A stretch of DNA of 64,000 nt. Origin: Histomonas meleagridis 2922-C6/04-290x. Taxonomy: Eukaryota; Protista; Parabasalia. The stretch covers positions 1 to 64,000 of the forward strand of contig JAANOX010000128.1 in the NCBI GenBank assembly GCA_020184695.1, given 5' to 3'. The translations under genes and the position numbers were made by a program. This document shows positions 55,295 through 64,000 of the stretch, piece after piece; the first letter of the stretch is position 1; each line of letters begins with the position of its first letter. The notes below the pieces were generated by a model, which did no database searches, was not told where the DNA came from, and saw only the letters and a list, made by a program, of their open reading frames with translations.

Positions 55295-55446
55295 CCTAAG
55301 ATGTAATAAACACTCGATAATGTAAATATGTGATTTATTATAATGTTCAGAGACATTTTTATATAAATATACAAGAAAAAGAATAAATTTTTTTTTACTT
55401 GAGCCATTCATCATATTAAACAGGATGAGATTGGATTTGCGATTGA

Positions 55447-55773
55447 ATTTTGGCATCACTATAGTATATTTGTATTGCAAGATTTGATAATAAATATGCA
55501 TAAGTAAATAAAGTAATTCAATCATTGCAAACATTTGCTAACAAAAGTTATGTTGATGATATAATCATTAGATGTATTCAATCACTTATTCCAATATTGT
55601 ATGACAAATAATCGTGGGTATTATTTAATTATGTTGTTGCAAAGTGTTAAGATACCGATGACATTGATATTGGATAAAGCGTATTATCGCATTGCGAAAA
55701 TCCTTATAACATTGTAAATAATATAATTCGGGTTTATTTAATGTATCATCTTAAATTGTCAACAATTCTTTGA
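55447..55773 (+). pseudogene. Decayed coding relic with several in-frame TAA/TAG codons
   Basis: One frame reads protein-like helical sequence (VIQSLQTFANKSYVDDIIIRCIQSLIPILYDK*SWVLFNYVVAKC*DTDD...) broken by isolated stops. Confidence 0.3.
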
Positions 55774-56330
55774 AGATAATATACCATTTTTAAATATCAA
55801 TCCCTACATAATCCTATGATGAAATTAATACCAATTTCATTCTTTGTTTTTTTTTACATATATGTTATTTGAAAATGCATTTACGTTAAAATTATATTGA
55901 ATAATTTTTTTTCTATCTGCCGAGAATACTGATAAGTTTGACTTGATTGGTTTCAAGGATATGAAGCATTTATTTTACCATATGTAATAGAGTATGTTAT
56001 AATGCATTTTTTTTAATACTTCTTTCGAAATGTTTTATTAGCATATAAATAAGACGCACTTTAATAACAATGAAAAAAAACATAATCCAAATGTTGGCCC
56101 TTGATCATTATAAAAACACGCATAGATACACCGAATGTTTGTTCATCTATAAAATTTATATTCAACAATAGCACAATCATGTGAATGCTTCTCACAAATT
56201 TTGAATATTTATGTACACAAAACACAAAATTTAATGGGAAACATGACCAAATCCATTTCATACATAAGTTTAACATTTCTTATCATGGAGCTTTATTGAA
56301 TTAAATATTTATATTTTATCACAATAATAA

Positions 56331-57353
56331 CTAATTTGCGTCTGCATAGTTTTCCTGAACAAGAGAAAATACGTCAGCAGGGCAATGTGCTCCATCTTCA
56401 TTAATCATCAATGTTATTAATTCAGGTGGGACATAGTCGCTCTCCGCATTCAGTGCCACAACGTTGGACGATAGGGGGTTTTCCTTCTCAAAAATCTTTT
56501 CGGGCTCCAAAAGCGTCGTGAAAGTCGTTCCGGGCCTCGGAACCTTCTCGGCAAGCTTCATCACCCAATAGAGGGCGATGAATGGCTTCGCGTGGTGTTT
56601 CGCTGCAAGAGCAATAGAATGTGTTAATGAAAAACTGACAATCCCTCCATTTGAAAGAACTGCACGAGCAGGAACAATGACTTTGTTGATGCGTGGGAAA
56701 ATAGCAAAGATGGCAGAGTCAGGAATTACGATAACACGAATGGATTTTTCACGAATTAATTTATCGGCAAATTTAACACCATCATATGATGGCGCACCTT
56801 CTGGAATGACAACAGTGATGTCAGTAGGACATGATGTGAGGAATTTGAAAATTGAGCCGGAATTCCCTACAGTTAATATTATATCATCCTTAAATAAAAA
56901 ATTAGGCGCGTTCTTTGCTATCATTTCATAAGATGAAACTAGGTTCTCGATTTGTAGTTCTAAAAATTCGGTCATTCGTGTTTTTAATTCTGACTTTGGT
57001 TCTGACTCATTATCATCTTCATTACCTAATGTCATCATGTCAAGAATAGAGAGAGACTTCTTAACCTTGTGACTTCTTTTTTTAGGCTGTGAGAGACGAA
57101 GTTCATCATTAAGACGATTGAGTATAATTTTGCATACGTTTACAATGATTACGTCTGATGGAAAATGATCCATGAGGGTTTCAACAATAAACTTAATACT
57201 ACGTTCAACTTCAAAAGATGAAATTCTTGGAGATTCAATTGCTTTAAGAACAAGTTTAAGAGTGTGATCTGCAATATCATATGAACCAACGATGTCGCAA
57301 CGACGAATTTGAAGTTCGAATGAATGAAGATCATGCTTCAGAGACTTTTTCAT
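56331..57353 (-). CDS. EIF2B2: Translation initiation factor eIF2B beta subunit
   Basis: IPDSAIFAIFPRINKVIV...VLSNGG...THSIALAAKHH; DYVPPELITLMI. Confidence 0.88.
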   Translation of the reverse strand: MKKSLKHDLHSFELQIRRCDIVGSYDIADHTLKLVLKAIESPRISSFEVERSIKFIVETLMDHFPSDVIIVNVCKIILNRLNDELRLSQPKKRSHKVKKSLSILDMMTLGNEDDNESEPKSELKTRMTEFLELQIENLVSSYEMIAKNAPNFLFKDDIILTVGNSGSIFKFLTSCPTDITVVIPEGAPSYDGVKFADKLIREKSIRVIVIPDSAIFAIFPRINKVIVPARAVLSNGGIVSFSLTHSIALAAKHHAKPFIALYWVMKLAEKVPRPGTTFTTLLEPEKIFEKENPLSSNVVALNAESDYVPPELITLMINEDGAHCPADVFSLVQENYADAN

Positions 57354-57601
57354 CCTGACAAAGAATCAAACAAACACACTCAAATTTATGTGAGACCGTT
57401 AAATATCATGATACCCAAAATCTATTGTACCCCTTTAAAAACATACCAATTTTTTTTAATGATTAATTGATTAAATTTTCAAAGAAAGAACAACTAAACA
57501 TATTTTACATAAAATGAATTTATATCCTGATTTTGAGAAATTCTTCATTTATCATAATTTAAAACAAATTCTTATTATATTTATTTAAAGATTTAATGTA
57601 A

Positions 57602-57673
57602 GGGAGTATAGCTCAGTGGGAGTGCGCCACTTTAGCATAGTGGAGGCCTGGGGTTCAATCCCCCATACTTCCA
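57602..57673 (+). tRNA. tRNA-Ala (anticodon AGC)
   Basis: Acceptor stem GGGAGTA/TACTTCC with G3:U70 alanine determinant; anticodon arm CCACT-TTAGCAT-AGTGG; T-arm TGGGG-TTCAATC-CCCCA; one U-U mismatch in the D stem. Confidence 0.95.
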
Positions 57674-57674
57674 A

Positions 57675-57681
57675 TTTTTTT
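57675..57681 (+). terminator. Pol III T7 terminator of tRNA-Ala
   Basis: Run of 7 T immediately after the tRNA. Confidence 0.85.
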
Positions 57682-57720
57682 GTTTTTTTCTTATCCAAAA
57701 CATTCTTCTGACATTAATTA

Positions 57721-60066
57721 ATGCAAACGAAAAACTCTCAAATCGAGGCTACAATACAACTTTTCGAAAACTTTGAGCATGAAATGAATTACAAATTTGA
57801 TGAATTAGTTAATTCAATCTCTTTTTTAAACCAACATTATGCTACTTTTGATGATATTTCTTTACCTATTAATCTAATTGTTTCTCAAATGAGCGATGTA
57901 ATTACAGAATCAGATTATAAAACTAATTTAATAACAGAGCTTGAAGATCAAATTCAAAAGATGAATGATGATATTGCTCGACAAGAAATGACATCTGATC
58001 TCCAAGAGCAATATGATCAAGTATTACATGATCTTCAAGATGAGTTCCTCAAAATTGGTGAAGAAGAGGATAAACAAAAAAAATATCATGATCAAATCAT
58101 GAAATTAAAAGAAGAACTTTTTGATTTTGAGGATTTTGTTAAACAGAGTGAAATCTATATCCGACAAGATTATGACAAAATATCCAAGAAGTCACTTGAA
58201 GAATTTGATCAATTTTATAACAAAAAGAATGATGAAATTCGAGGATTGGTTCGCACTAAACTTGACTTCCAATCACTCCTCAACAAGGAAAATGAAGAAA
58301 TCGAGTCACTTCAGAAATTATTTCCACTTCAATGTACAGAATCTGATATTCGCCAATATGAAGAAGATGCTCGAAAACAACTTGCTCAAAGTGTAGAATC
58401 AACAGCAAAATATACCAATGATATATTGACAATGTACTTTAGCGAGGATAAAAAATATAGCGGCGAAGAAATGTTGGCAGCGCTAAGAGACGCACTACAA
58501 ATTAGTCAAAGCGCATCGCTAAGAAAAGTTTTGTTTGGAAAGGAAATAACAAACGAAGAATTATATAAAATTTTGGTCAGACAAAATACAGAAGAAGAAG
58601 AAGAAAAAGATGTTGAAGAAGAGGAAGAAGAAGAAAATGAATACGAAGAGGAAATTGAAGAAGAATACGAAGAAGAAAATGAAAATGAAGATAACAAAAG
58701 TGATTCAAGTTCAAAAAGCGAAAATGAAAAAAGAGAAAACGAAGAAGAAGACAAAAATGAGAGAAAAGAAGAAATAAAAGAAGATGAAAACGAAGATAAC
58801 AAAAGTGATTCAAGTTCTGAAAGTGATAATGAAAAAAGAGAAAATGAAGAAATAAAAGAAGATGAAAACGAAGATAACAAAAGTGATTCAAGTTCTGAAA
58901 GTAATGAAAAAAGAGAAAATGAAGAAATAAAAGAAGATGAAAACGAAGACAACAAAAGCGATTCAAGTTCCGAAAGTGAAAATGAAGAAAACAATGACAG
59001 GAAAGAAGAAAGTATAAAAGATGATGAAAATGAAGAAGAAAATATTGAGAGAAAAGAAGAAATAAAAGAAGATGAAAACGAAGACAACAAAAGCGATTCA
59101 AGTTCTGAAAGTGATAATGAAAAAAGAGAAAATGAAGAAATAAAAGAAGATGAAAATGAAGAAGAAAATATTGAGAGAAAAGAAGAAATTATAAAAGATG
59201 AAAACGAAGATAACAAAAGCGATTCAAGTTCAGAAAGTGAAAATGAAGAAAACAATGATAGGAAAGAAGAAAATAATGAAAAAATAGAAAATGAAAAAGA
59301 AGAAGAAAACAACGAGAGAAAAGAAGAAATCATAAAAGATGATGAAAATGAAGATAACAAAAGAGAGAATGAAGAAGAAGACAACGATGAGAGAAAAGAA
59401 GATAAAACTGAAGAGGAAAGCAACAATGATGTGAACGCAGGTGATGAAAAAGAAAATAGTAACAAAGGTGAAAGTATACAAGAAGATGAAAAGGAGGACA
59501 ATGAAAAGAAAATAGAAAACGAAGAAGAAGATAATGAAAATAATGAAGGAAAAGATAATAACCAAGTGACAGAGGATAACAATGAAACGAAAGAAGAGGA
59601 CAATCAGGAAAGCGACAAAGATGAAAATTTGGAAAATGCTAACAAAGAAGAAATAGATGAAAAACTTGAAGATAAAGATGAAAGAAAAGAAGAAACAGAA
59701 GTAAATGATAGCAATAACAAAAGAAAAGAAGAAAATAACACTGAAACCAAAATAGAAGAAGAAATAAAAGAAGACAAACAGAATAATGAAAGTGAAAATA
59801 CTAAAGAAATTGAAGTTGAAGAAATAAAAGAAGACAAACAGAGAGATGAAAACGAAATTGAAGTTGAAGAAATAAAAGAAGATAAGCAGAATAATGAAAA
59901 CGAAATTGAAGGGAAAGAAGAAAGTAATGCTGAAAATGGAAATGAATCCAAAAATAACATTGAAGCTGATGAAGCTACAGAAGAAAACAAAGATAATGAA
60001 AAGGAAAGCGAAGAAAAGACAGATAATAATAAAGAAAATAAGGACGAAGATATGGAAAATAATTAA
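57721..60066 (+). CDS. Coiled-coil protein with a very long acidic E/D/N/K repeat tail
   Basis: 781-aa ORF: helical N-terminal ~290 aa, then low-complexity repeats. Confidence 0.8.
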   Translation: MQTKNSQIEATIQLFENFEHEMNYKFDELVNSISFLNQHYATFDDISLPINLIVSQMSDVITESDYKTNLITELEDQIQKMNDDIARQEMTSDLQEQYDQVLHDLQDEFLKIGEEEDKQKKYHDQIMKLKEELFDFEDFVKQSEIYIRQDYDKISKKSLEEFDQFYNKKNDEIRGLVRTKLDFQSLLNKENEEIESLQKLFPLQCTESDIRQYEEDARKQLAQSVESTAKYTNDILTMYFSEDKKYSGEEMLAALRDALQISQSASLRKVLFGKEITNEELYKILVRQNTEEEEEKDVEEEEEEENEYEEEIEEEYEEENENEDNKSDSSSKSENEKRENEEEDKNERKEEIKEDENEDNKSDSSSESDNEKRENEEIKEDENEDNKSDSSSESNEKRENEEIKEDENEDNKSDSSSESENEENNDRKEESIKDDENEEENIERKEEIKEDENEDNKSDSSSESDNEKRENEEIKEDENEEENIERKEEIIKDENEDNKSDSSSESENEENNDRKEENNEKIENEKEEENNERKEEIIKDDENEDNKRENEEEDNDERKEDKTEEESNNDVNAGDEKENSNKGESIQEDEKEDNEKKIENEEEDNENNEGKDNNQVTEDNNETKEEDNQESDKDENLENANKEEIDEKLEDKDERKEETEVNDSNNKRKEENNTETKIEEEIKEDKQNNESENTKEIEVEEIKEDKQRDENEIEVEEIKEDKQNNENEIEGKEESNAENGNESKNNIEADEATEENKDNEKESEEKTDNNKENKDEDMENN
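58687..59240 (+). repeat. Six coding EDNKSDSSS(E/K)S modules interleaved with EEIKEDEN blocks
   Basis: Recurrent GA(T/C)AACAAAAG(T/C)GATTCAAGTTC. Confidence 0.9.
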
Positions 60067-60298
60067 GAAGAATAATGAAAATGTTTTGTAGAAAAGATTT
60101 TTGTAATAAAAAGAAAAAAATTATTTTATTTTTATCAGTTTAACATTCAAGCTGAGTTTTCATTAGAATTTGTGATTTTATTTATGTGAAATCTTATTAA
60201 CAGAAGTGAAATATCTATCGTTTCCACTTTTTGACATTTCATATGCGGTTATATATTAACGTTTTCGTAGGCAAGGCAAATTAGAAATCTCAAACTCA

Positions 60299-60628
60299 AT
60301 GAATCAAGATCAAAATAAACTTGACTCTTATCATCCATTGCTTAAGGCAGAAGAACTTAACGAAAATTTACAAACAGAAATTGAGTTTATTATGGCAACA
60401 ACTAATGCAGAAGAAGAACTGACTAAAAGAAAAACAGAAATACAATGTGCATCAACATCTGCCATTTATAAACAAATACAACTTTACAGTGCTCGGAGGA
60501 AGGAAATTCTTCGAGAATTAATCAAAGCAAAAAAAGAATACATCGAAGCTCTTAAGCAAAAAATCAGAGAATATGATGCACAAGAGGCAACAGAATATAC
60601 AAGTTATTATACATCAGAAGAAAATTAG
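60299..60628 (+). CDS. Small coiled-coil hypothetical protein
   Basis: 109-aa E/K-rich ORF filling the gap between larger genes. Confidence 0.6.
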   Translation: MNQDQNKLDSYHPLLKAEELNENLQTEIEFIMATTNAEEELTKRKTEIQCASTSAIYKQIQLYSARRKEILRELIKAKKEYIEALKQKIREYDAQEATEYTSYYTSEEN

Positions 60629-60688
60629 AATAATCATTCAATATATTAAATCGTTAAAAACAAGAATAAAAGCAGTAGTTAAATCAAT

Positions 60689-61111
60689 TTAGAAAACTGC
60701 TGGGGCAACAGATGCAATCTTTGGCCAAAGTTCTGCGCATTCCTTTGCAACTGGACCTGTGATTGCAGAACCTTTCATTTCACCTTTATCGTTGATAACA
60801 ACGCCTGCATTATCTTCGAATCCAATTACAACGCCATCCTTACGACGCCATAATCTCTTTTGACGAACGATAACTGCGCACATAACCTTCTTACGAAGTG
60901 TTGGCTTACCTTTTTTGATTGTAACAACAATAAGATCAGAAACTGTAGCAGCTGGAAGTCTATTTAATCTGCCTTTATGACCACGTTTTGCAATAACAAA
61001 CATTGTTTTGGCACCTGAGTTATCAGCGCATTGTACGACTGCGCCAACTGGTAAGGCGAGTGTCATAGCAAATTTTGTGCCTTGCTGACCTGTACGTCCT
61101 CTCTTTGACAT
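60689..61111 (-). CDS. RPL23: 60S ribosomal protein L23 (uL14)
   Basis: MSKRGR...[18 protein letters not shown]...GRLNRLPAA...FEDNAGV...[22 protein letters not shown]; start at 61111. Confidence 0.97.
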   Translation of the reverse strand: MSKRGRTGQQGTKFAMTLALPVGAVVQCADNSGAKTMFVIAKRGHKGRLNRLPAATVSDLIVVTIKKGKPTLRKKVMCAVIVRQKRLWRRKDGVVIGFEDNAGVVINDKGEMKGSAITGPVAKECAELWPKIASVAPAVF

Positions 61112-61117
61112 CCTCGA

Positions 61118-61122
61118 AAAGG
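61118..61122 (-). promoter_or_regulatory. CCTTT (M5-type alternative initiator) upstream of RPL23
   Basis: Minus strand reads CCTTTTCGAGGATG; the M5 motif is known from T. vaginalis ribosomal-protein promoters. Confidence 0.6.
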
Positions 61123-61439
61123 CAGCGGTTATGACAGCCACACAAATTGAACGTTGACCGTTTATCCATATGAATAAAATCTTTTTTAATCTTGAAGCTT
61201 GTTTACGAAGTCTAATTCATTTTTTAGACCATTTTTACTAACATTTATAAACTTAAACAATTGTTTTAATTTTCGAAGACAAAAATATTAATTTTTTTTT
61301 TTTAAGAAGTTAGAATTAATTTTATTTTGAACTTTCGAATTACAAATAATACAAAACCTCAAATAAAACGAATTCATAATGAAAAAATTAAAGTTGTTGA
61401 AAGGTCTTTCACAATAATTTCAATTTAAATTGATTTATT

Positions 61440-63389
61440 CTAATTCAGTCCAGCTATTGCTGGGTCAGCTTCATATAGTTGCGCCACTTTTTCGGCGTAT
61501 TTCTTTTTTAGCGAATGTATTTGTGGCTTTAAAGAAGGCGTCAACAATCCATTTTCGATTGAGAACGGCTCATTATCGAATGCGATTGCTGTAATTCTTT
61601 CGAACCCTCTCATCTTTGAATCCTCTGCTTGTTTTCTCAATGCGTCCAACATATCCTTTTTCGCCATATTATTATCCATGAAGTCATTAATACCACTTTT
61701 TTCCCATTCCTTAATTTTATCTTGAGTTGGAACCACAATTGCAACCAAAGTGTTATGGTGCGAATCTGCGTAAATATAAATTGACTCGATTCCGGGCGTA
61801 TTTTGATATTGTTCCGTGAGAGAAGTCATCGAAATATATTCACCTTGACTTAACTTCACTAATTGTTTCACTCTATCGATGATTTGTAAATGCCCGTCTT
61901 CAGTAATCATTCCGACATCGCCAGTAGCGAACCAGCCATCACACATTGCTTGGCTTGTAAGTTCTTCATCTTTATAATATCCACTGAATAATGAGATTCC
62001 TCTAAACAATATTTCTCCTGTTGGAGGATTACCTAATGGATTATAATCAAAGTCTTTAACAGACCTTAGTTTCATTTGTATGGATGAACAGACAACTCCA
62101 ACATCGCCTGGATTCTTTGAGCCTGTTTCTTGCACGCATCCTCCAGCTGATATTTCGGTAAGTCCATAACCTTGGATCACATTTTTGCTTATGACGCTAC
62201 GCATTAAGCCAAAGACATCCGGTAATATTGGCGCGCCGCCACTAACAATTAGTTTGAGCTTGCCGCCAAGAACACTACGGAATTTGGAAAATAAAAAGTC
62301 TAAGAGTAATGACGGCTCTCGGTCATTCATTAATGACTCGTTTTTGTTGTTGATTGCCCATGTAACAACCTTACGTAATAGCCATGGTAATGCATTAATT
62401 CCATCTGTGAAGGACTGATACAAACGATTCCAAATGCGTGGAACGCCGCACATTATGGTTGGTTGTAATGCTTGGATATCATCAACAAGACGACGTGTGT
62501 CACCTGTGTAAAATCCAATTTTAACACCTTGATTAATCATAACAATTTCGACACAAAGTTCATAAACATGTGCAAGTGGTAAAAATGAAAAATATGTGTC
62601 TTTCTTAGTGATTGATCCATTGACATTGGATAACCCAACACCACCAGCAATAACTCCTTTTTGAGTTAAGATACAGCCTTTAGGATTACCTGTTGATCCA
62701 GAGGTGTACATGTAGATGCAAGGATCATCGGGGTGGGGTTGATTTGGTGTAAAGTTTTGAATGTTCTCTGCTCCAATTTCCATAACTTGGAGAGCAGTGC
62801 GGTATTCTCTCGGTGATTCAGGATGTGCCTTTGGAATAATAAAGATTTCTTTGACTGTGGAATTTTTAGATGCTTCAATTGCGGATTGAAGTTTGGCTTC
62901 CATTGCAAATATTGCTTTACATTCTGAATGATTGATGATATATTCAGCTGCAGTTGGTCCTAATGAATCATAGACTGGAACTGGAATGCAACCAGCATAT
63001 TGACATGCAAAGAATATTGTTTGCCATAATAAACAACTGTATGAGTAAATTCCAATTGTATCTCCCTTCTGAAAGCCAAGAGCTACAAGACCAGAGGCCA
63101 TATTTAAGCAATTTTTGCGAAATTGACCATACGTAATATACTTGTATTCGCCAAATGAACCATCTGGTAATATTTCTCTCTCAGCAAAGCCGTCAAGCTT
63201 TCCAAATTTAACATCCACAGCATCAATCATTTGAGTTAATGTTCTTGCTTCTGGTTGATTTCTGAATGTTGTGATTGGTTGTCCAGCATTTTCTTTAATA
63301 CACAATGAGTTAATGTATATTGGGCTTTCTCCCTCTTTTTCAGGTGGGAGCCATTCCGTAATTCGTGACATTGATTGTTGTGATCCCAT
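61440..63389 (-). CDS. Long-chain fatty acyl-CoA synthetase (AMP-binding), N-myristoylation-type start
   Basis: YTSGSTGNPKG, QGYGLTE, GWFATGDVG, IIDRVKQLVKLSQGEYIS; starts MGSQQS. Confidence 0.95.
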   Translation of the reverse strand: MGSQQSMSRITEWLPPEKEGESPIYINSLCIKENAGQPITTFRNQPEARTLTQMIDAVDVKFGKLDGFAEREILPDGSFGEYKYITYGQFRKNCLNMASGLVALGFQKGDTIGIYSYSCLLWQTIFFACQYAGCIPVPVYDSLGPTAAEYIINHSECKAIFAMEAKLQSAIEASKNSTVKEIFIIPKAHPESPREYRTALQVMEIGAENIQNFTPNQPHPDDPCIYMYTSGSTGNPKGCILTQKGVIAGGVGLSNVNGSITKKDTYFSFLPLAHVYELCVEIVMINQGVKIGFYTGDTRRLVDDIQALQPTIMCGVPRIWNRLYQSFTDGINALPWLLRKVVTWAINNKNESLMNDREPSLLLDFLFSKFRSVLGGKLKLIVSGGAPILPDVFGLMRSVISKNVIQGYGLTEISAGGCVQETGSKNPGDVGVVCSSIQMKLRSVKDFDYNPLGNPPTGEILFRGISLFSGYYKDEELTSQAMCDGWFATGDVGMITEDGHLQIIDRVKQLVKLSQGEYISMTSLTEQYQNTPGIESIYIYADSHHNTLVAIVVPTQDKIKEWEKSGINDFMDNNMAKKDMLDALRKQAEDSKMRGFERITAIAFDNEPFSIENGLLTPSLKPQIHSLKKKYAEKVAQLYEADPAIAGLN

Positions 63390-64000
63390 TAAATGAGGTG
63401 ATTGGTTTATTTGAGTTGAGGTAAGAATTCAAAATTTGAAAGGAAGGCGGTTGAGACAAGACGAAAATATTTTTTGTTGGTGTTTAAACACAGATATTTA
63501 TATTTTTAAAGAAATATTTAACATTATTACATATGGATAATTCTATTTAATGCTTAGGGAATTGATTTTTTTGAAATTTAAAAATGTTTTTCAAAACGCA
63601 GAAGAAGATGGAAAAAATAAGTCAATTGACCAAAAACACTGACTTTATCAAAATTCTGAGTTTTCAATATCGGCTGTGGCCGGCAAAAAACGCCTGCGAG
63701 GTAGAAGTATTGAAAATGCGATCGTTGTTTATCAATTTATCTGTGCAAAATTTAAGTATTTTTATTCTTTCTTTTCGATAATTTTGATCAGTTTTAGCTG
63801 CTGAGCCCAATAGATTTTCGTAATAAATTGTAATTAATTAAAAAAACATTTGCATTAACCCAATGTCATATTCCGTTGGAATATTTATAAATATAATCAA
63901 ATAAAACCATTTTTATTTTTTGTAAGCACAATATAAAGAGTTTCCCAAATTTGGGTACTCATATATCTATAAAAAAGGATATCATATGTCTTATATGACA

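Noticed and set aside
58506-59990. Long antisense ORFs (S/F/L-rich) in the acidic repeat gene
   Set aside because: Shadow ORFs from low-complexity GAA/AAT repeats. The same applies to 48625-49518 (Gly-rich) and 20129-20380.

Overview
This is AT-rich, gene-dense eukaryotic DNA in the standard genetic code, most likely from a parabasalid (Trichomonas/Tritrichomonas-like). That inference rests on essentially intron-less genes, very short 5' UTRs with TCAYW initiator and CCTTT/AAAGTGAC core-promoter motifs, an expanded Rab family, a BspA-type surface-protein gene, a DUF3447-type ankyrin gene, legumain and a bacterial-type GH3 beta-glucosidase. About 30 protein genes are recognisable: an atypical two-domain E2F, a compact UBR4, five intact Rabs plus one GTPase remnant, bystin, CCZ1, proteasome alpha7, legumain, WW-MyTH4-RhoGAP, an alpha/beta hydrolase, a DHHC variant, a CARMIL-like LRR protein, BBS2, eIF2B-beta, RPL23 and a long-chain acyl-CoA synthetase. 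There is also one tRNA-Ala(AGC). The standout is the ankyrin gene at 38136-40587. The ORF track stops at 39278, but eight more ankyrin modules follow. Seven internal modules are exactly 90 nt long. The modules are separated by eight AT-rich, stop-containing inserts at the identical position of each repeat. These inserts share a 3' motif with a small hairpin and have no consistent GT-AG boundaries. They look like a non-canonical intron or bypass class. Other notable items are a 29-bp x11 minisatellite capping a truncated BspA gene, two disrupted surface-protein genes with a shared DPFxxDF tail, and a decayed transposon-like relic. All family assignments come from motifs recognised by eye; no database searches were run.
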